DNA from: a candidate division WOR-3 bacterium
GTDB taxonomy: Bacteria > Hydrothermota > Tepidihabitantia > Tepidihabitantales > Tepidihabitantaceae
DNA length: 64,000 bases
NCBI GenBank assembly: GCA_026418295.1
Contig: JAOABP010000002.1
Coordinates: 162,367-226,366 of the forward strand
Direction of reading: 5' to 3'
Positions 39,375 to 49,098 of the stretch are shown here, piece after piece. A program made the translations under genes and the position numbers. The notes beneath the pieces were generated by a model. The model was not told the origin of the DNA. It ran no database searches and worked only from the letters and a program-made list of their open reading frames with translations. How positions within the stretch are numbered: position 1 is the stretch's first letter; each line of letters starts with the position of its first letter.

Positions 39375-40736
39375 TTAACCTCCTGCATGTTGGTGGGAAA
39401 AATTGGGCCTAATTTCAGGGGAATGGGGTGCACTGGCGTTGGAAAAAACGATTTCACCCTTTGGGGTCCAACCCCGAACTTCAACAATCTTCACATTTAC
39501 AAGACTACCGGCAGGTAGAGGTTCGTCAAGAACCACCACCTTTCCCTGAGGCGTTCTTCCCATACACCCGCGGCCGCGCGGACTTTTCCCCTCTATCAGT
39601 ATCTCATAAATTTTACCGAGCATCGCCCGATTAGATTCGCGGGTAATCTGGTTTTGCATTTCGATCAAGCGGAGTAATCGCTCCCGAATAACATCCTCGG
39701 GAACAGTAGGGGTAAGCAAGCTTGCTGGCGTTCCAGGGCGGGGAGAAAATTTGAACATGTAAGCGTAATCAAAGCGTATTGATTTCATCAATTCCAGTGT
39801 AGCACAGAAATCATCCTCAGTTTCAGTCGGAAAACCAACAATTACATCTGTTGTCAGCGAGATTTCCGGAAGATATTTTCGAAGCAGTGCAACCTTGTTG
39901 CGATATTCTTCTGTTGTATAGCCGCGATTCATCAATTTCAAAATACGGTCAGAGCCCGATTGAACAGGTAAATGGAGCTGGGGGCAGATACGAGGAAGCG
40001 TGGCTATCGTTTTAACAATTCGCTCATTTAGATCCCGTGGGTGAGAGGTTATAAATCTGATCCGGTATATCTGTGGGTGTTTGTGGATTTCGGCTAGCAA
40101 CCGGCAAAAATCGAACTCATTGTAATTGTATGCTAAAACATTTTGCCCGAGAAGTACTATCTCCCGAACGCCTTGTGTTGTCAGTTCATCAATTTCGGAC
40201 AAGATGGCTTCAGATGGTCGGGACCTTTCTTTTCCCCTTACATGAGGAACGATGCAGTAAGAGCAGAAATTACTACAACCGCGCATGATGGTAACATAGG
40301 CACTAACACGGTTTTGTATCACTGGATGAACCCGGTCATAGCATTCATCAGATAATTCCACAGCAATTTGAGGACGGTTAGCGTTCATTGCAGCATTTAT
40401 TAACTCTGGAAGACGTTGATACTGATCTGGACCGACCACCAGATCAGCATGGAAAGAGTTTATCAGTGTGTCTTGAAGCCGTTGTGCCATACAACCTAAT
40501 ATGCCAATAACTCGGGCAGAACCAGTTTTTTTTAGATTTAACAATTGACGGAAATTACCGAGTGCTCTTTTCTCAGCATGTTCACGGACTGCACAGGTTA
40601 TAATCAGAAGGACTTCGGCAGCCCCTGGAGAATTTTTTTCTTCAAAACCTGTCGCGTTGAGAATATTGCGAATCAGATCTGCTTCATAGAAGTTCATCTG
40701 GCACCCATAAACCTGCAAGAAATAAGTAGTACCCAT
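39375..40736 (-). CDS. miaB: tRNA methylthiotransferase MiaB
   Basis: GCQMN, CAVRE.AE, GCMAQ, CSNFCSYC, TSHPRD, TRAM domain. Confidence 0.93.
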   Translation of the reverse strand: MGTTYFLQVYGCQMNFYEADLIRNILNATGFEEKNSPGAAEVLLIITCAVREHAEKRALGNFRQLLNLKKTGSARVIGILGCMAQRLQDTLINSFHADLVVGPDQYQRLPELINAAMNANRPQIAVELSDECYDRVHPVIQNRVSAYVTIMRGCSNFCSYCIVPHVRGKERSRPSEAILSEIDELTTQGVREIVLLGQNVLAYNYNEFDFCRLLAEIHKHPQIYRIRFITSHPRDLNERIVKTIATLPRICPQLHLPVQSGSDRILKLMNRGYTTEEYRNKVALLRKYLPEISLTTDVIVGFPTETEDDFCATLELMKSIRFDYAYMFKFSPRPGTPASLLTPTVPEDVIRERLLRLIEMQNQITRESNRAMLGKIYEILIEGKSPRGRGCMGRTPQGKVVVLDEPLPAGSLVNVKIVEVRGWTPKGEIVFSNASAPHSPEIRPNFSHQHAGG

Positions 40737-40850
40737 TCCTAACTAATTTTAGCGATAATACAAAAATGTCAATAAATAATTATCATTGGTGGTAATGGTG
40801 CGATTGCCGGGATTGACTTGCCTTTCGATAATCCTAAACTTACACTGGAA

Positions 40851-42158
40851 ATGAACATAATTGGTATTCGACGTGAAGACAAGAACATCTGGGAACGGCG
40901 CGCTCCTCTTGCTCCTTTTCAAGTAGGTGAGTTAACTTCAGTTTACAGGACAGTATTTTATGTTCAACCGTCTACCCGACGGATATTCAGTGATTCCGAA
41001 TATGCTCAAGCAGGGGCGAAAATCTGTGAAACACTCGACGACTGTCAGGTTATTTTGGGAATCAAGGAGATTCCGGTTAACTTCTTCCGCCCAGCAACAA
41101 CTTATCTTTTTTTTGCTCACGTGATTAAAGGGCAGCCGAACAACATGCCGATGTTGCGTCAGATGATGACGCTCGAATGCTCCTTGATCGATTACGAGAA
41201 GGTGACTGATGATCAGGGACGCCGACTGATATTTTTCGGCCGGTATGCAGGGATCGCCGGAGCAATTGATACCCTAGCCGGATTGGGCAGGCGGTGGGCA
41301 GTCCTCGGGTATAAGACGCCGCTGGCTGAGCTTAAACTTGCACACGAATATGGCACTTATGCTGCTGCCCGTCGTGAAATTTTTAGAGTGGGGGAGCTAC
41401 TTAAAAAAACCGGTGTGCCGGATGAACTTGCTCCGCTGATTATTGGGGTTACCGGTTACGGAAATGTAGCCCGGGGTGTCGGTGAAATTCTAAATGAGCT
41501 CGGTTGCACTAGAATAGATCCTGCCGAGTTGCCCAAAGTAATGAGTTCAAGAGACCCCAAGGCGGTTTATGAAGTTGTATTCCGTGAAGAGCATATGATG
41601 GAACCGATTACCGAGGGGCATGAATTTGATCTGCAGGAATATTATCAGTATCCGGAGCGTTATCGTTCGCGATTTGAGAGTTACCTGCCTTACCTCTCGG
41701 TACTGCTGAATTGTATTTACTGGGACAGTCGATATCCCAGGCTTGTGACCAGGGAATATCTTAAAACTGCCACTACTACCGGAAAACTGCGATTGATAAT
41801 TATCGGTGATATTTCATGCGACATCAATGGTTCAGTCGAAGTTACTGTGAAAACAACTGACCCGGGTGCTCCATTTTATGTCTATAATCCCCTGGACGAT
41901 GCCGTTCACGACGGCGTTGAGGGTGATGGGGTGGTGGTAATGGCGGTTGACAACCTTCCCTGCGAACTGGCATCAGATTCATCAGTTGAATTCGGCCGGG
42001 CGCTGATGCCATTTGTGCCAGTGCTGGCGGGGACTAATTTCCAGGTTTCGTTGGACCACTTAACTCTGCCACCACCATTGCAAAGGGCTTTGATTCTCCA
42101 TCGAGGAAAACTTACTCCGCCGTACCAATATCTGGAAAAATTTATAAAGAAAGGATGA
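40851..42158 (+). CDS. Lysine-ketoglutarate reductase / saccharopine dehydrogenase (AASS LKR-domain-like)
   Basis: GIRREDKNIWERRAPLAP, HVIKGQ, LIDYEK, FGRYAG.AG, IYWDSRYPRL, DISCD, VDNLP.E. Confidence 0.85.
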   Translation: MNIIGIRREDKNIWERRAPLAPFQVGELTSVYRTVFYVQPSTRRIFSDSEYAQAGAKICETLDDCQVILGIKEIPVNFFRPATTYLFFAHVIKGQPNNMPMLRQMMTLECSLIDYEKVTDDQGRRLIFFGRYAGIAGAIDTLAGLGRRWAVLGYKTPLAELKLAHEYGTYAAARREIFRVGELLKKTGVPDELAPLIIGVTGYGNVARGVGEILNELGCTRIDPAELPKVMSSRDPKAVYEVVFREEHMMEPITEGHEFDLQEYYQYPERYRSRFESYLPYLSVLLNCIYWDSRYPRLVTREYLKTATTTGKLRLIIIGDISCDINGSVEVTVKTTDPGAPFYVYNPLDDAVHDGVEGDGVVVMAVDNLPCELASDSSVEFGRALMPFVPVLAGTNFQVSLDHLTLPPPLQRALILHRGKLTPPYQYLEKFIKKG

Positions 42159-42162
42159 TAAT

Positions 42163-43485
42163 ATGAAAAGGGTTCTAATTTTGGGCGCGGGTCTGGTATC
42201 CAGACCAATGGTCCGCTATCTTTTAAATCTCAATGATGTGGAACTAACAGTGGCTACCCGGACAGTTTCCAAGGCACTGGAATTGATAGGCACACATCCC
42301 CGGGGGCGGGCAGTCGAGCTGTTGGCTGACGATGAATCCAATCTTCACCGTTTGATTGCCAGTAGCGATATTGTAGTCAGTCTGTTACCGTATACTTATC
42401 ACCCGACGGTTGCCCGTCATTGCATCGCTCTGAAAAAACACCTGGTTACTACTTCTTATGTGAGTGAAGCAATGAAGGCGCTCGATAACGAGGCCCGGAG
42501 AACAGGCATTATTCTTCTCAACGAAATCGGTCTGGACCCGGGCATTGACCATATGTCGGCAATGGCACTTATTGACCGCGTCAAGGCAAATGGAGGTCGA
42601 ATTATCAGTTTTATATCTTCATGCGGGGGGCTCCCAGCACCAGAGGCGAACGATAATCCTCTTGGTTATAAATTCTCCTGGAGTCCACGGGGTGTACTGA
42701 TGGCTGGCAGAAACGATGCCCGATTTTTGAAAGACGGAAGGGAGATACTAATTCCTGCCAGCCAGCTGTTTGCTTCTAGCTGGCGTCAGAAAATTACCGG
42801 TGTTGGCGAACTTGAGGCCTACCCTAACCGGAATTCACTTCCCTATATTGAACTATATGGTCTGGAAGGTATTAGAACGATGATCCGTGCAACTCTTCGC
42901 TATCCCGGCTGGTGCGAAACCATGCAGGCAATCAGCGAGCTCGGACTGTTAAGAGATGAACGGGTCCGGAATGACCTTAACCGGCTGACTTATGCACAGT
43001 GGTTTAGGGAATATGTACCCGGGACCGGCAGGCTGCAGGAGGATACAGCAGTTCGACTGAACCTGCCTGTTAATCATCCGGTTCTTCAACGGCTGGAGTG
43101 GCTCGGATTGTTCAGTGATGCTCCGATTATGCTGGAATCCGGTTCTAATCTTGATATTTTGGCGAAGGCGATGCTTGAACGTATGAGTTACAAACGCGGA
43201 GAACGGGACATGATTGTTCTGCATCATCAGTTTGTAGTTGAGTATTCCGACAGGCGGGAACGCATTGAATCTACCTTGATTGATTACGGAGAACCAGAAG
43301 GTGATACGGCTATGGCAAGGACCGTAAGCCTGCCGGCGGCAGTTGCGGTTAAAATGCTCATTGATGGTAGTATTAAATTGACCGGCGTTCAGATACCTGT
43401 TAGAAGTGAACTGTATCAGCCGATAATGGCGGAACTTTCAAAAATAGGATTCAGGTTCCAGGAACAGACGCTACGGCTTGACTAG
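42163..43485 (+). CDS. Saccharopine dehydrogenase (glutamate-forming; AASS SDH/Lys9-like)
   Basis: LGAGLV, SLLPY, EIGLDPGIDH, CGGLPAPE, YKFSWSP, YPNRNS, TLRY, AMARTV. Confidence 0.9.
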   Translation: MKRVLILGAGLVSRPMVRYLLNLNDVELTVATRTVSKALELIGTHPRGRAVELLADDESNLHRLIASSDIVVSLLPYTYHPTVARHCIALKKHLVTTSYVSEAMKALDNEARRTGIILLNEIGLDPGIDHMSAMALIDRVKANGGRIISFISSCGGLPAPEANDNPLGYKFSWSPRGVLMAGRNDARFLKDGREILIPASQLFASSWRQKITGVGELEAYPNRNSLPYIELYGLEGIRTMIRATLRYPGWCETMQAISELGLLRDERVRNDLNRLTYAQWFREYVPGTGRLQEDTAVRLNLPVNHPVLQRLEWLGLFSDAPIMLESGSNLDILAKAMLERMSYKRGERDMIVLHHQFVVEYSDRRERIESTLIDYGEPEGDTAMARTVSLPAAVAVKMLIDGSIKLTGVQIPVRSELYQPIMAELSKIGFRFQEQTLRLD

Positions 43486-44003
43486 CGGTTGGTTTCGACA
43501 GTAAATTCCCTGAATCCTAACCAGAATCCGGTCTTCTCAATAAAGTCAATTTCTCCCTGAATCAGCTGCTGGTGCGCCGATTCCATTTCTGCCAGACGTT
43601 GAAAAAGTAAACGTAAAGATTTTTGGTTGACCTTTTCCGACTGTTCAAGATAAAATTTCCGGGCATTGTTTTCCAGTTCCAGCGCTATTTGCAGTGCTGA
43701 GAGTGCAGCTGCATTTGCCTTACCTCTACTAAACACTTCACGGTGAGTGATTTTGGGAGTTAACTTCTCAATCAAACTCGGAGATACAGATACTGGCGTA
43801 CAACTGCCCTGATGACGGTATTCATCTATTTTTTTCCCGAGTAACTCCTGATGCATAAGTTCATCCATTGCCAGCCGGATAAACATGTTCTTGCCGGCTA
43901 ACGCTTCAGTTTGCCATGCAAATTCCAGATACCGACCAAGACTTTCGGTTTCCGCATTACGCGCAAGGGTTAAAACCTCAATCTCTGTATTTAAATCAGA
44001 CAT
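43482..44003 (-). CDS. Ferritin-like/rubrerythrin-family di-iron protein
   Basis: Two E...ExxH helix pairs (AMDELMH, AEMESAH); ATG 44003 sits behind TTGACC-17-TATTAT. Confidence 0.75.
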   Translation of the reverse strand: MSDLNTEIEVLTLARNAETESLGRYLEFAWQTEALAGKNMFIRLAMDELMHQELLGKKIDEYRHQGSCTPVSVSPSLIEKLTPKITHREVFSRGKANAAALSALQIALELENNARKFYLEQSEKVNQKSLRLLFQRLAEMESAHQQLIQGEIDFIEKTGFWLGFREFTVETNR

Positions 44004-44355
44004 CAAGGGTATAATAATAAATGGCATTTCTGAAGAGGTCAATTCCTGCGGCAAGATTGATATTAAATCGGGTGCGATAACTTCAATATCTGTTTCTGTT
44101 CAAGTGAGGACCAGAATAGCATGAGAGGGCGATAATACGCAAACCGCCATTTTTGGCTCTGCGGAGATGACACTTGACCACGAAGCAGTGGACAGGTATG
44201 CCCGGGGCTAGCCCCCCATATTGTAACTGATTGTATCATAAACAGTTAACAGAAAACATTGACTGATCGGGGCTGGTAAACCAGGGGAGAAAAACCTTTC
44301 CGGAAACGCCAGCTGGTCTGGATTCCAATAAAGAGAGCAGAGTATTTCCGGTTTA

Positions 44356-44383
44356 TTGACTTACTTAAGAGTAGTTATATCAT
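44356..44383 (+). promoter_or_regulatory. Sigma70-type promoter for lptFG (TTGACT-16-TATCAT)
   Basis: Read directly from sequence; 6 nt upstream of ATG. Confidence 0.55.
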
Positions 44384-44389
44384 TATAAA

Positions 44390-45631
44390 ATGAGTCTGCT
44401 GCAGCGCGAGGCAGTTAAAGAGTATGTTCTGTATTTCATTTTTGCCACAGTAGTACTTGCCTTCATCTTGCTGATGGATCGACTTTTTCTTCTGGCAGAT
44501 CTGCTGGTCCGCAAGGGTGTTCCGATGTCGGCAGTGACAGAAATTTCCTTTTTTTCTCTGCCATTTGTCATCAGTGTGAGCGCACCACTTGCTGGATTAA
44601 TTGCCGGCGTGATTACCTTTGGACGTATGGCTCAAGATAACGAGGTGGCAGTGGTGCGGGCAGCTGGTATTCCAGCATGGCGACTGTTTATACCGGTTAT
44701 GGTGCTGGGTATCATAATGGCACCGGTGATGGTTGTTTTTAACGGTTATGTGGTACCCGAAGCGCAGCATCGGGTTCGTAACCTGTTAACCGATATTGCG
44801 CGTAAGAAACCAGCATTGAGGATTCAAGAGCGAATTTTCATGGATGATTTTCCCGGGTACATGGTATACATCGGGTCAATCAATCAGCGACATTCAACTA
44901 TCAGTAATACAGTAATTTTTGAGCGCGGGCGGGGCAAGAATCCGCCGGCTTTCGTTACCGCTCCCCGGGGAGAATTGAAATATACGGTGGATGATCGATA
45001 TCTGGTACTGACTTTATATGACGGCGAAATTCATGAATTACTCGAAACGGGTAATTACCGTCGGCTGGCGTTCCGGGAGCAAATAATTAACATACCAAGT
45101 GAAGATGTGTTGGTACGGCAGGGGCGTGATTACCGGACTGATGATGAGATGCGTTTCAATCATCTGCTAAAGCAAATTCGGGATGTCAATAATGATGTCC
45201 GGGAACTTAATCAGCAGCTTGCTGATTTGACAGGTGCCGGTTCTGATAATGAGATCGTAGAGGTACGTGCCGACGAGCTGAAAACCCGAATTCGTTATCG
45301 TCGGAGCGAAGCACTCCGATCGTTGACTGAATTGCATAAACGGTTTTCTCTTGCCTTTTCCTGTTTTTTCTTTCTTCTTTTCGGGGCACCGCTGGGGTTA
45401 GTGCTGCGGCGCGGCGGCATCGGGACCGGTTTCATCATCGGGCTGATATTTTTTGCCTTGTATTATGTCCTGTTACTGGCAGGCGAAAACATGGCCGAGA
45501 ATGGCACTGTATCACCATTTTTCGGGATGTGGCTGCCGAACATCCTGCTGGTGCTGCCGGTCTTGGAACTTTCCAGCCGGACCCTGTTTGAATTTTCAAT
45601 AGTCCGGCTGTTTACTGGACGCACCAAATGA
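44390..45631 (+). CDS. lptF: LPS export ABC permease LptF
   Basis: FGRMAQDNEV...AAGI, ELHKRFSL, GMWLPN; tandem with its paralogue. Confidence 0.82.
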   Translation: MSLLQREAVKEYVLYFIFATVVLAFILLMDRLFLLADLLVRKGVPMSAVTEISFFSLPFVISVSAPLAGLIAGVITFGRMAQDNEVAVVRAAGIPAWRLFIPVMVLGIIMAPVMVVFNGYVVPEAQHRVRNLLTDIARKKPALRIQERIFMDDFPGYMVYIGSINQRHSTISNTVIFERGRGKNPPAFVTAPRGELKYTVDDRYLVLTLYDGEIHELLETGNYRRLAFREQIINIPSEDVLVRQGRDYRTDDEMRFNHLLKQIRDVNNDVRELNQQLADLTGAGSDNEIVEVRADELKTRIRYRRSEALRSLTELHKRFSLAFSCFFFLLFGAPLGLVLRRGGIGTGFIIGLIFFALYYVLLLAGENMAENGTVSPFFGMWLPNILLVLPVLELSSRTLFEFSIVRLFTGRTK

Positions 45632-46722
45632 AAACAATCGACCGGCATCTTTTCATTGAACTGAGCAAGTTTACATTGCTGGCGCTAATAAGTGTAGTAA
45701 CGATTTATCTGCTGATCGATTTGTTTGAAGAACTGGGGTATTTCTTAAGCAGGAATACGCCACTACCAGTAATCTTCAAGTATTATTTCTATGCCCTGCC
45801 GTCGGCAGCAGTGCTGCTCTATCCTGTAAGTCTGATTCTGGCGGTTTTTGTCGTATATGGCCAGATGACGAGAAATAACGAACTGGCAGCTTTCAAAAGT
45901 GCCGGAGTAAGCATCTACCGGTTGTTTCTACCAGCATTGGCGATTGGAATTTTTACGATATTTGCCTTCATTGCTGGCAATGAATTCATTACCATCCGTT
46001 TTAATCGCAAATTGAGTCAACTGCGCCGTTTTGTAATTGAAAAAAGGGTTCAGCCTCCAGCACATTATCAATATGATATTTATCGCATTGACGGGAACAT
46101 AGTATTATGGAGCAGGGAACTGGAGAAACCGGCTGCCGGATTATCCAATGCGGTACTCCGTAACTTTACACTGGTGAAGCTGGATCGTAACCGGCGGGTT
46201 CGTGTTCGAGTAGACGGGGATTCGGTAGTTAACCAGAACGGGGTCTGGAAGGGGTACGGCGTGCGGGTTCGTGAATTTGATTCGACCGGCAAACAGAAAT
46301 TTACTCAGCAGGCTCAGTATGAATTGAAGTTGTTGACTCCCAGTCTTTTTGAATTTGGCGCATTGGGACAGCCGGTCGAAGAGATGACAGTTTTTGATCT
46401 GAATAATTATATCCAGCTGATGCGGGCAAGTGGAGAGAATGTTGCGCGGGAGGAAGTGGAGTTTCATTACCGGTTCTCTTATGCCCTGATCGGTTTAATA
46501 GTAGTGATGCTGGGGTTGCCGTTTTCAGTCCGTCTGCGTCGCGGTGGAGTAATGCTGGGGTTGGGGTTGGGGTTATTTTTTTCGTTTCTTTACTGGGGTG
46601 TTATTCAAACCTGCCGTGCCTTTGGAGCTTCGCATGTAATATCACCAGTATTTGCCGCCTGGCTGCCCAATGTTATCTTTGGTGCAATAGCACTGGTGCT
46701 GATGCTGAAAGTGGAGACTTGA
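45628..46722 (+). CDS. lptG: LPS export ABC permease LptG
   Basis: IDRHL, NNELAAFKSAGVS, AAWLPN. Confidence 0.82.
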   Translation: MKTIDRHLFIELSKFTLLALISVVTIYLLIDLFEELGYFLSRNTPLPVIFKYYFYALPSAAVLLYPVSLILAVFVVYGQMTRNNELAAFKSAGVSIYRLFLPALAIGIFTIFAFIAGNEFITIRFNRKLSQLRRFVIEKRVQPPAHYQYDIYRIDGNIVLWSRELEKPAAGLSNAVLRNFTLVKLDRNRRVRVRVDGDSVVNQNGVWKGYGVRVREFDSTGKQKFTQQAQYELKLLTPSLFEFGALGQPVEEMTVFDLNNYIQLMRASGENVAREEVEFHYRFSYALIGLIVVMLGLPFSVRLRRGGVMLGLGLGLFFSFLYWGVIQTCRAFGASHVISPVFAAWLPNVIFGAIALVLMLKVET

Positions 46723-46725
46723 ACA

Positions 46726-47397
46726 ATGAATCGACTTTTAACGGTTTTGCTACTGGCAGCTTCAGTCGGATTTGCAGACAGGGGAATAATTTGTGATCCG
46801 GATAGCGACTGCTTCTACGTACCATCCGCTGTGCGGTTAAGTGAACAGCGGGTTCCGGCGTTGGTTGTTTTCCATTGCAATGGTGCAACCGCAGCTGATC
46901 TGGACAGCTTCAAGAAAATCGGTGATTCGCTCAACTGGGTGATTGCTACCTGCCATCGTGTCCGGAACCACCGAAGTATTTTAACTAACGATTCAGCAGC
47001 TGTGCAGACAATTAAGAAGCTCCTCCGATTCTGTCCGGTAGATTCAGGGCAGGTTTTTCTCTTCGGGTTTTCAGCACAGGGAGTTCAAGCGCTGGCGTCG
47101 ATGTATCTGCATCCGGAACTGATTAAGGGGGTTGTAACAGTCTGTGCCCATACCGGAGCTCAGGTGCTGGCCGAGCCCGTAACCCTGAAGAAACATTATG
47201 CATATCTGGTGACTCGTTCCGGTGACTGGAATCGCATTGCCAATTATGAGCTAAACCGGGATTTGAATCTCTGGGGTGTCAGATGCACCCTTGCCATTAC
47301 CCCGGGTGAACATTGTGCCGGTTCATGGCAGGAGGTACTTGCAGGCTGTCGCTGGCTGCAAAAACAACTAAGAGCTCTGACGCAATCGCGCCAGTAG
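46726..47397 (+). CDS. Exported alpha/beta-hydrolase (esterase-like)
   Basis: Signal peptide, LVVFH, GFSAQG nucleophile elbow, D and GEH candidate triad residues. Confidence 0.6.
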   Translation: MNRLLTVLLLAASVGFADRGIICDPDSDCFYVPSAVRLSEQRVPALVVFHCNGATAADLDSFKKIGDSLNWVIATCHRVRNHRSILTNDSAAVQTIKKLLRFCPVDSGQVFLFGFSAQGVQALASMYLHPELIKGVVTVCAHTGAQVLAEPVTLKKHYAYLVTRSGDWNRIANYELNRDLNLWGVRCTLAITPGEHCAGSWQEVLAGCRWLQKQLRALTQSRQ

Positions 47398-49098
47398 TTT
47401 CATCAGCTGCGCTAATGAAAGACAGTTGATGATATCGTTTCTGGTAAGCCAGGCGCGACGTGCCGTCATTACACCATAACGCATCCAGCTGAGATCGGAA
47501 ACCGAATGGGCATCAGTATTGACGGCAATCAATACGCCCGCCTCCTTAGCCTGCCGCGCCCAGACATCATTCAGGTCTAGCCGTTCGTAATAGGAGTTAA
47601 TTTCGAGAATTTTGCGGTTCTGCGCAGCGCATTCAATTACCTTTTCGAGATTGATGTCGTACCCCGGCCGTTTTCCGATCAACCGGCCACTCGGGTGGGC
47701 AATGATGTGTACGAGGGGGTGTTCAATTGCATTGCAGACGCGGCGGGTTGCATCACGATTGAATGCCTGATGAATTGAGGCAATAACCAGGTCGAGACGG
47801 GCAAGAACAGAATCCGGGTAGTCAAGTTTGCCATCAGGGGTAATGTCTACTTCGGCTGATTTTAGGATTCGGAACTTCTTTAAGTTCTCATTCAGACGGT
47901 CAATTTCATCACAGCGGGAAAGCAGCTGGTCAGCAGTAAGCCCCCCAGCATAGCCTGCAGATACTGAATGTTCGGCAATGGCGATATGAGTATATCCGAG
48001 CTGCTGCGCTGCCCGCACGATTTCTATCAGCGACGAGCTGCCATCAGATGCGGTTGTGTGAATGTGAAGGTCTGATTTTATGTCCTCCTGACGTACAAGT
48101 ACTGGTAGCCGGTTTTCTTGGGCGGCTGCTATTTCCCCCCGGTCTTCTCGCAGTTCCGGTTCAATATAAGGCAGACCGATTGCCTGATAAACCTCCAGTT
48201 CAGTTTTTCCCGCAATGCGGCGGTCGTTCCTGAAAACCCCGTATTCAGAGATCTTTAGCCCCATTTTCTGAGCCAGCGTCCGCAGGGCGACATTATGGTC
48301 CTTGGAACCGGTAAAATACTGCAAGGCGGCACCGAATGTTTCCGGTTCCACTACGCGGAGGTCAATCTGACGCAATCCGTTTGCGCTAGCGATGACAATA
48401 GATGCCTTGGTTTCTCCTGCAGACAGTACCTGCCGGGTCATAGGGAATGTAACAAATCGATGGACGATCTGTTGAGGGTTACTGCCGGTGGCCAGGATAT
48501 CCAGATCGCCGACTGTTTCCCGGCCACGTCGCAGGGAACCGGCAGCAATTACTTCCTTGGCATCAGAACCCGATCTGATATATTCTATGATCAACTCGGC
48601 AAGTTCAAAAGCTTCATTGAGATACATCCTTGAACCAGCGCGTTCAATTTGCTCAAGTCCCTTAAGAATGTTTTCTACCTTCTTTTTGCCCATACCGGGA
48701 AGTTGAGCTGCAGAACCATCCATCAACACCCGTTTCAGGTCATCGATGTTCTTTACCCGGAGTTTGTCGTTCAGTAATTTGACAGTTCTGGGCCCGACAC
48801 CAGGGATATCGAGCAGGGCAAATAGACCAGGTTCAATTCCCGCGGTTACTTCTTCCAGTTTCTTCATTTTACCGGTCGCAAGGTATTCATGGATCTTTTT
48901 CGCAATTCCAGAACCGATTCCGGGGACGGTTTCCAACCTGTTTTCGCGGTCCAGTTCGGCAACATCTTCAGTCAGATCGGTCAGAACCCTGGCTGCCTTG
49001 CGGTAGGCAAGTACCCGGAATCCAGTTTCCCCCTTCAGTTCCAGGGCATCAGCAATCCTTTCGAAAATCCGGGCAAGTTCCTGATTTTTTATTGCCAT
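47368..49098 (-). CDS. polX: DNA polymerase X / PHP 3'-5' exonuclease
   Basis: AGSLRR, GDLDIL, IDLR, YFTGSKDHN, PELRE, DLHIHT..SDG, TDAH. Confidence 0.93.
   Translation of the reverse strand: MAIKNQELARIFERIADALELKGETGFRVLAYRKAARVLTDLTEDVAELDRENRLETVPGIGSGIAKKIHEYLATGKMKKLEEVTAGIEPGLFALLDIPGVGPRTVKLLNDKLRVKNIDDLKRVLMDGSAAQLPGMGKKKVENILKGLEQIERAGSRMYLNEAFELAELIIEYIRSGSDAKEVIAAGSLRRGRETVGDLDILATGSNPQQIVHRFVTFPMTRQVLSAGETKASIVIASANGLRQIDLRVVEPETFGAALQYFTGSKDHNVALRTLAQKMGLKISEYGVFRNDRRIAGKTELEVYQAIGLPYIEPELREDRGEIAAAQENRLPVLVRQEDIKSDLHIHTTASDGSSSLIEIVRAAQQLGYTHIAIAEHSVSAGYAGGLTADQLLSRCDEIDRLNENLKKFRILKSAEVDITPDGKLDYPDSVLARLDLVIASIHQAFNRDATRRVCNAIEHPLVHIIAHPSGRLIGKRPGYDINLEKVIECAAQNRKILEINSYYERLDLNDVWARQAKEAGVLIAVNTDAHSVSDLSWMRYGVMTARRAWLTRNDIINCLSLAQLMKLLARLRQSS

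Noticed and set aside
44126..44180. Fluoride-riboswitch-like words (GGCGAT...AACCGCC...GATGAC)
   Set aside because: The pseudoknot-forming complementary segments are missing and no fluoride-related gene follows.
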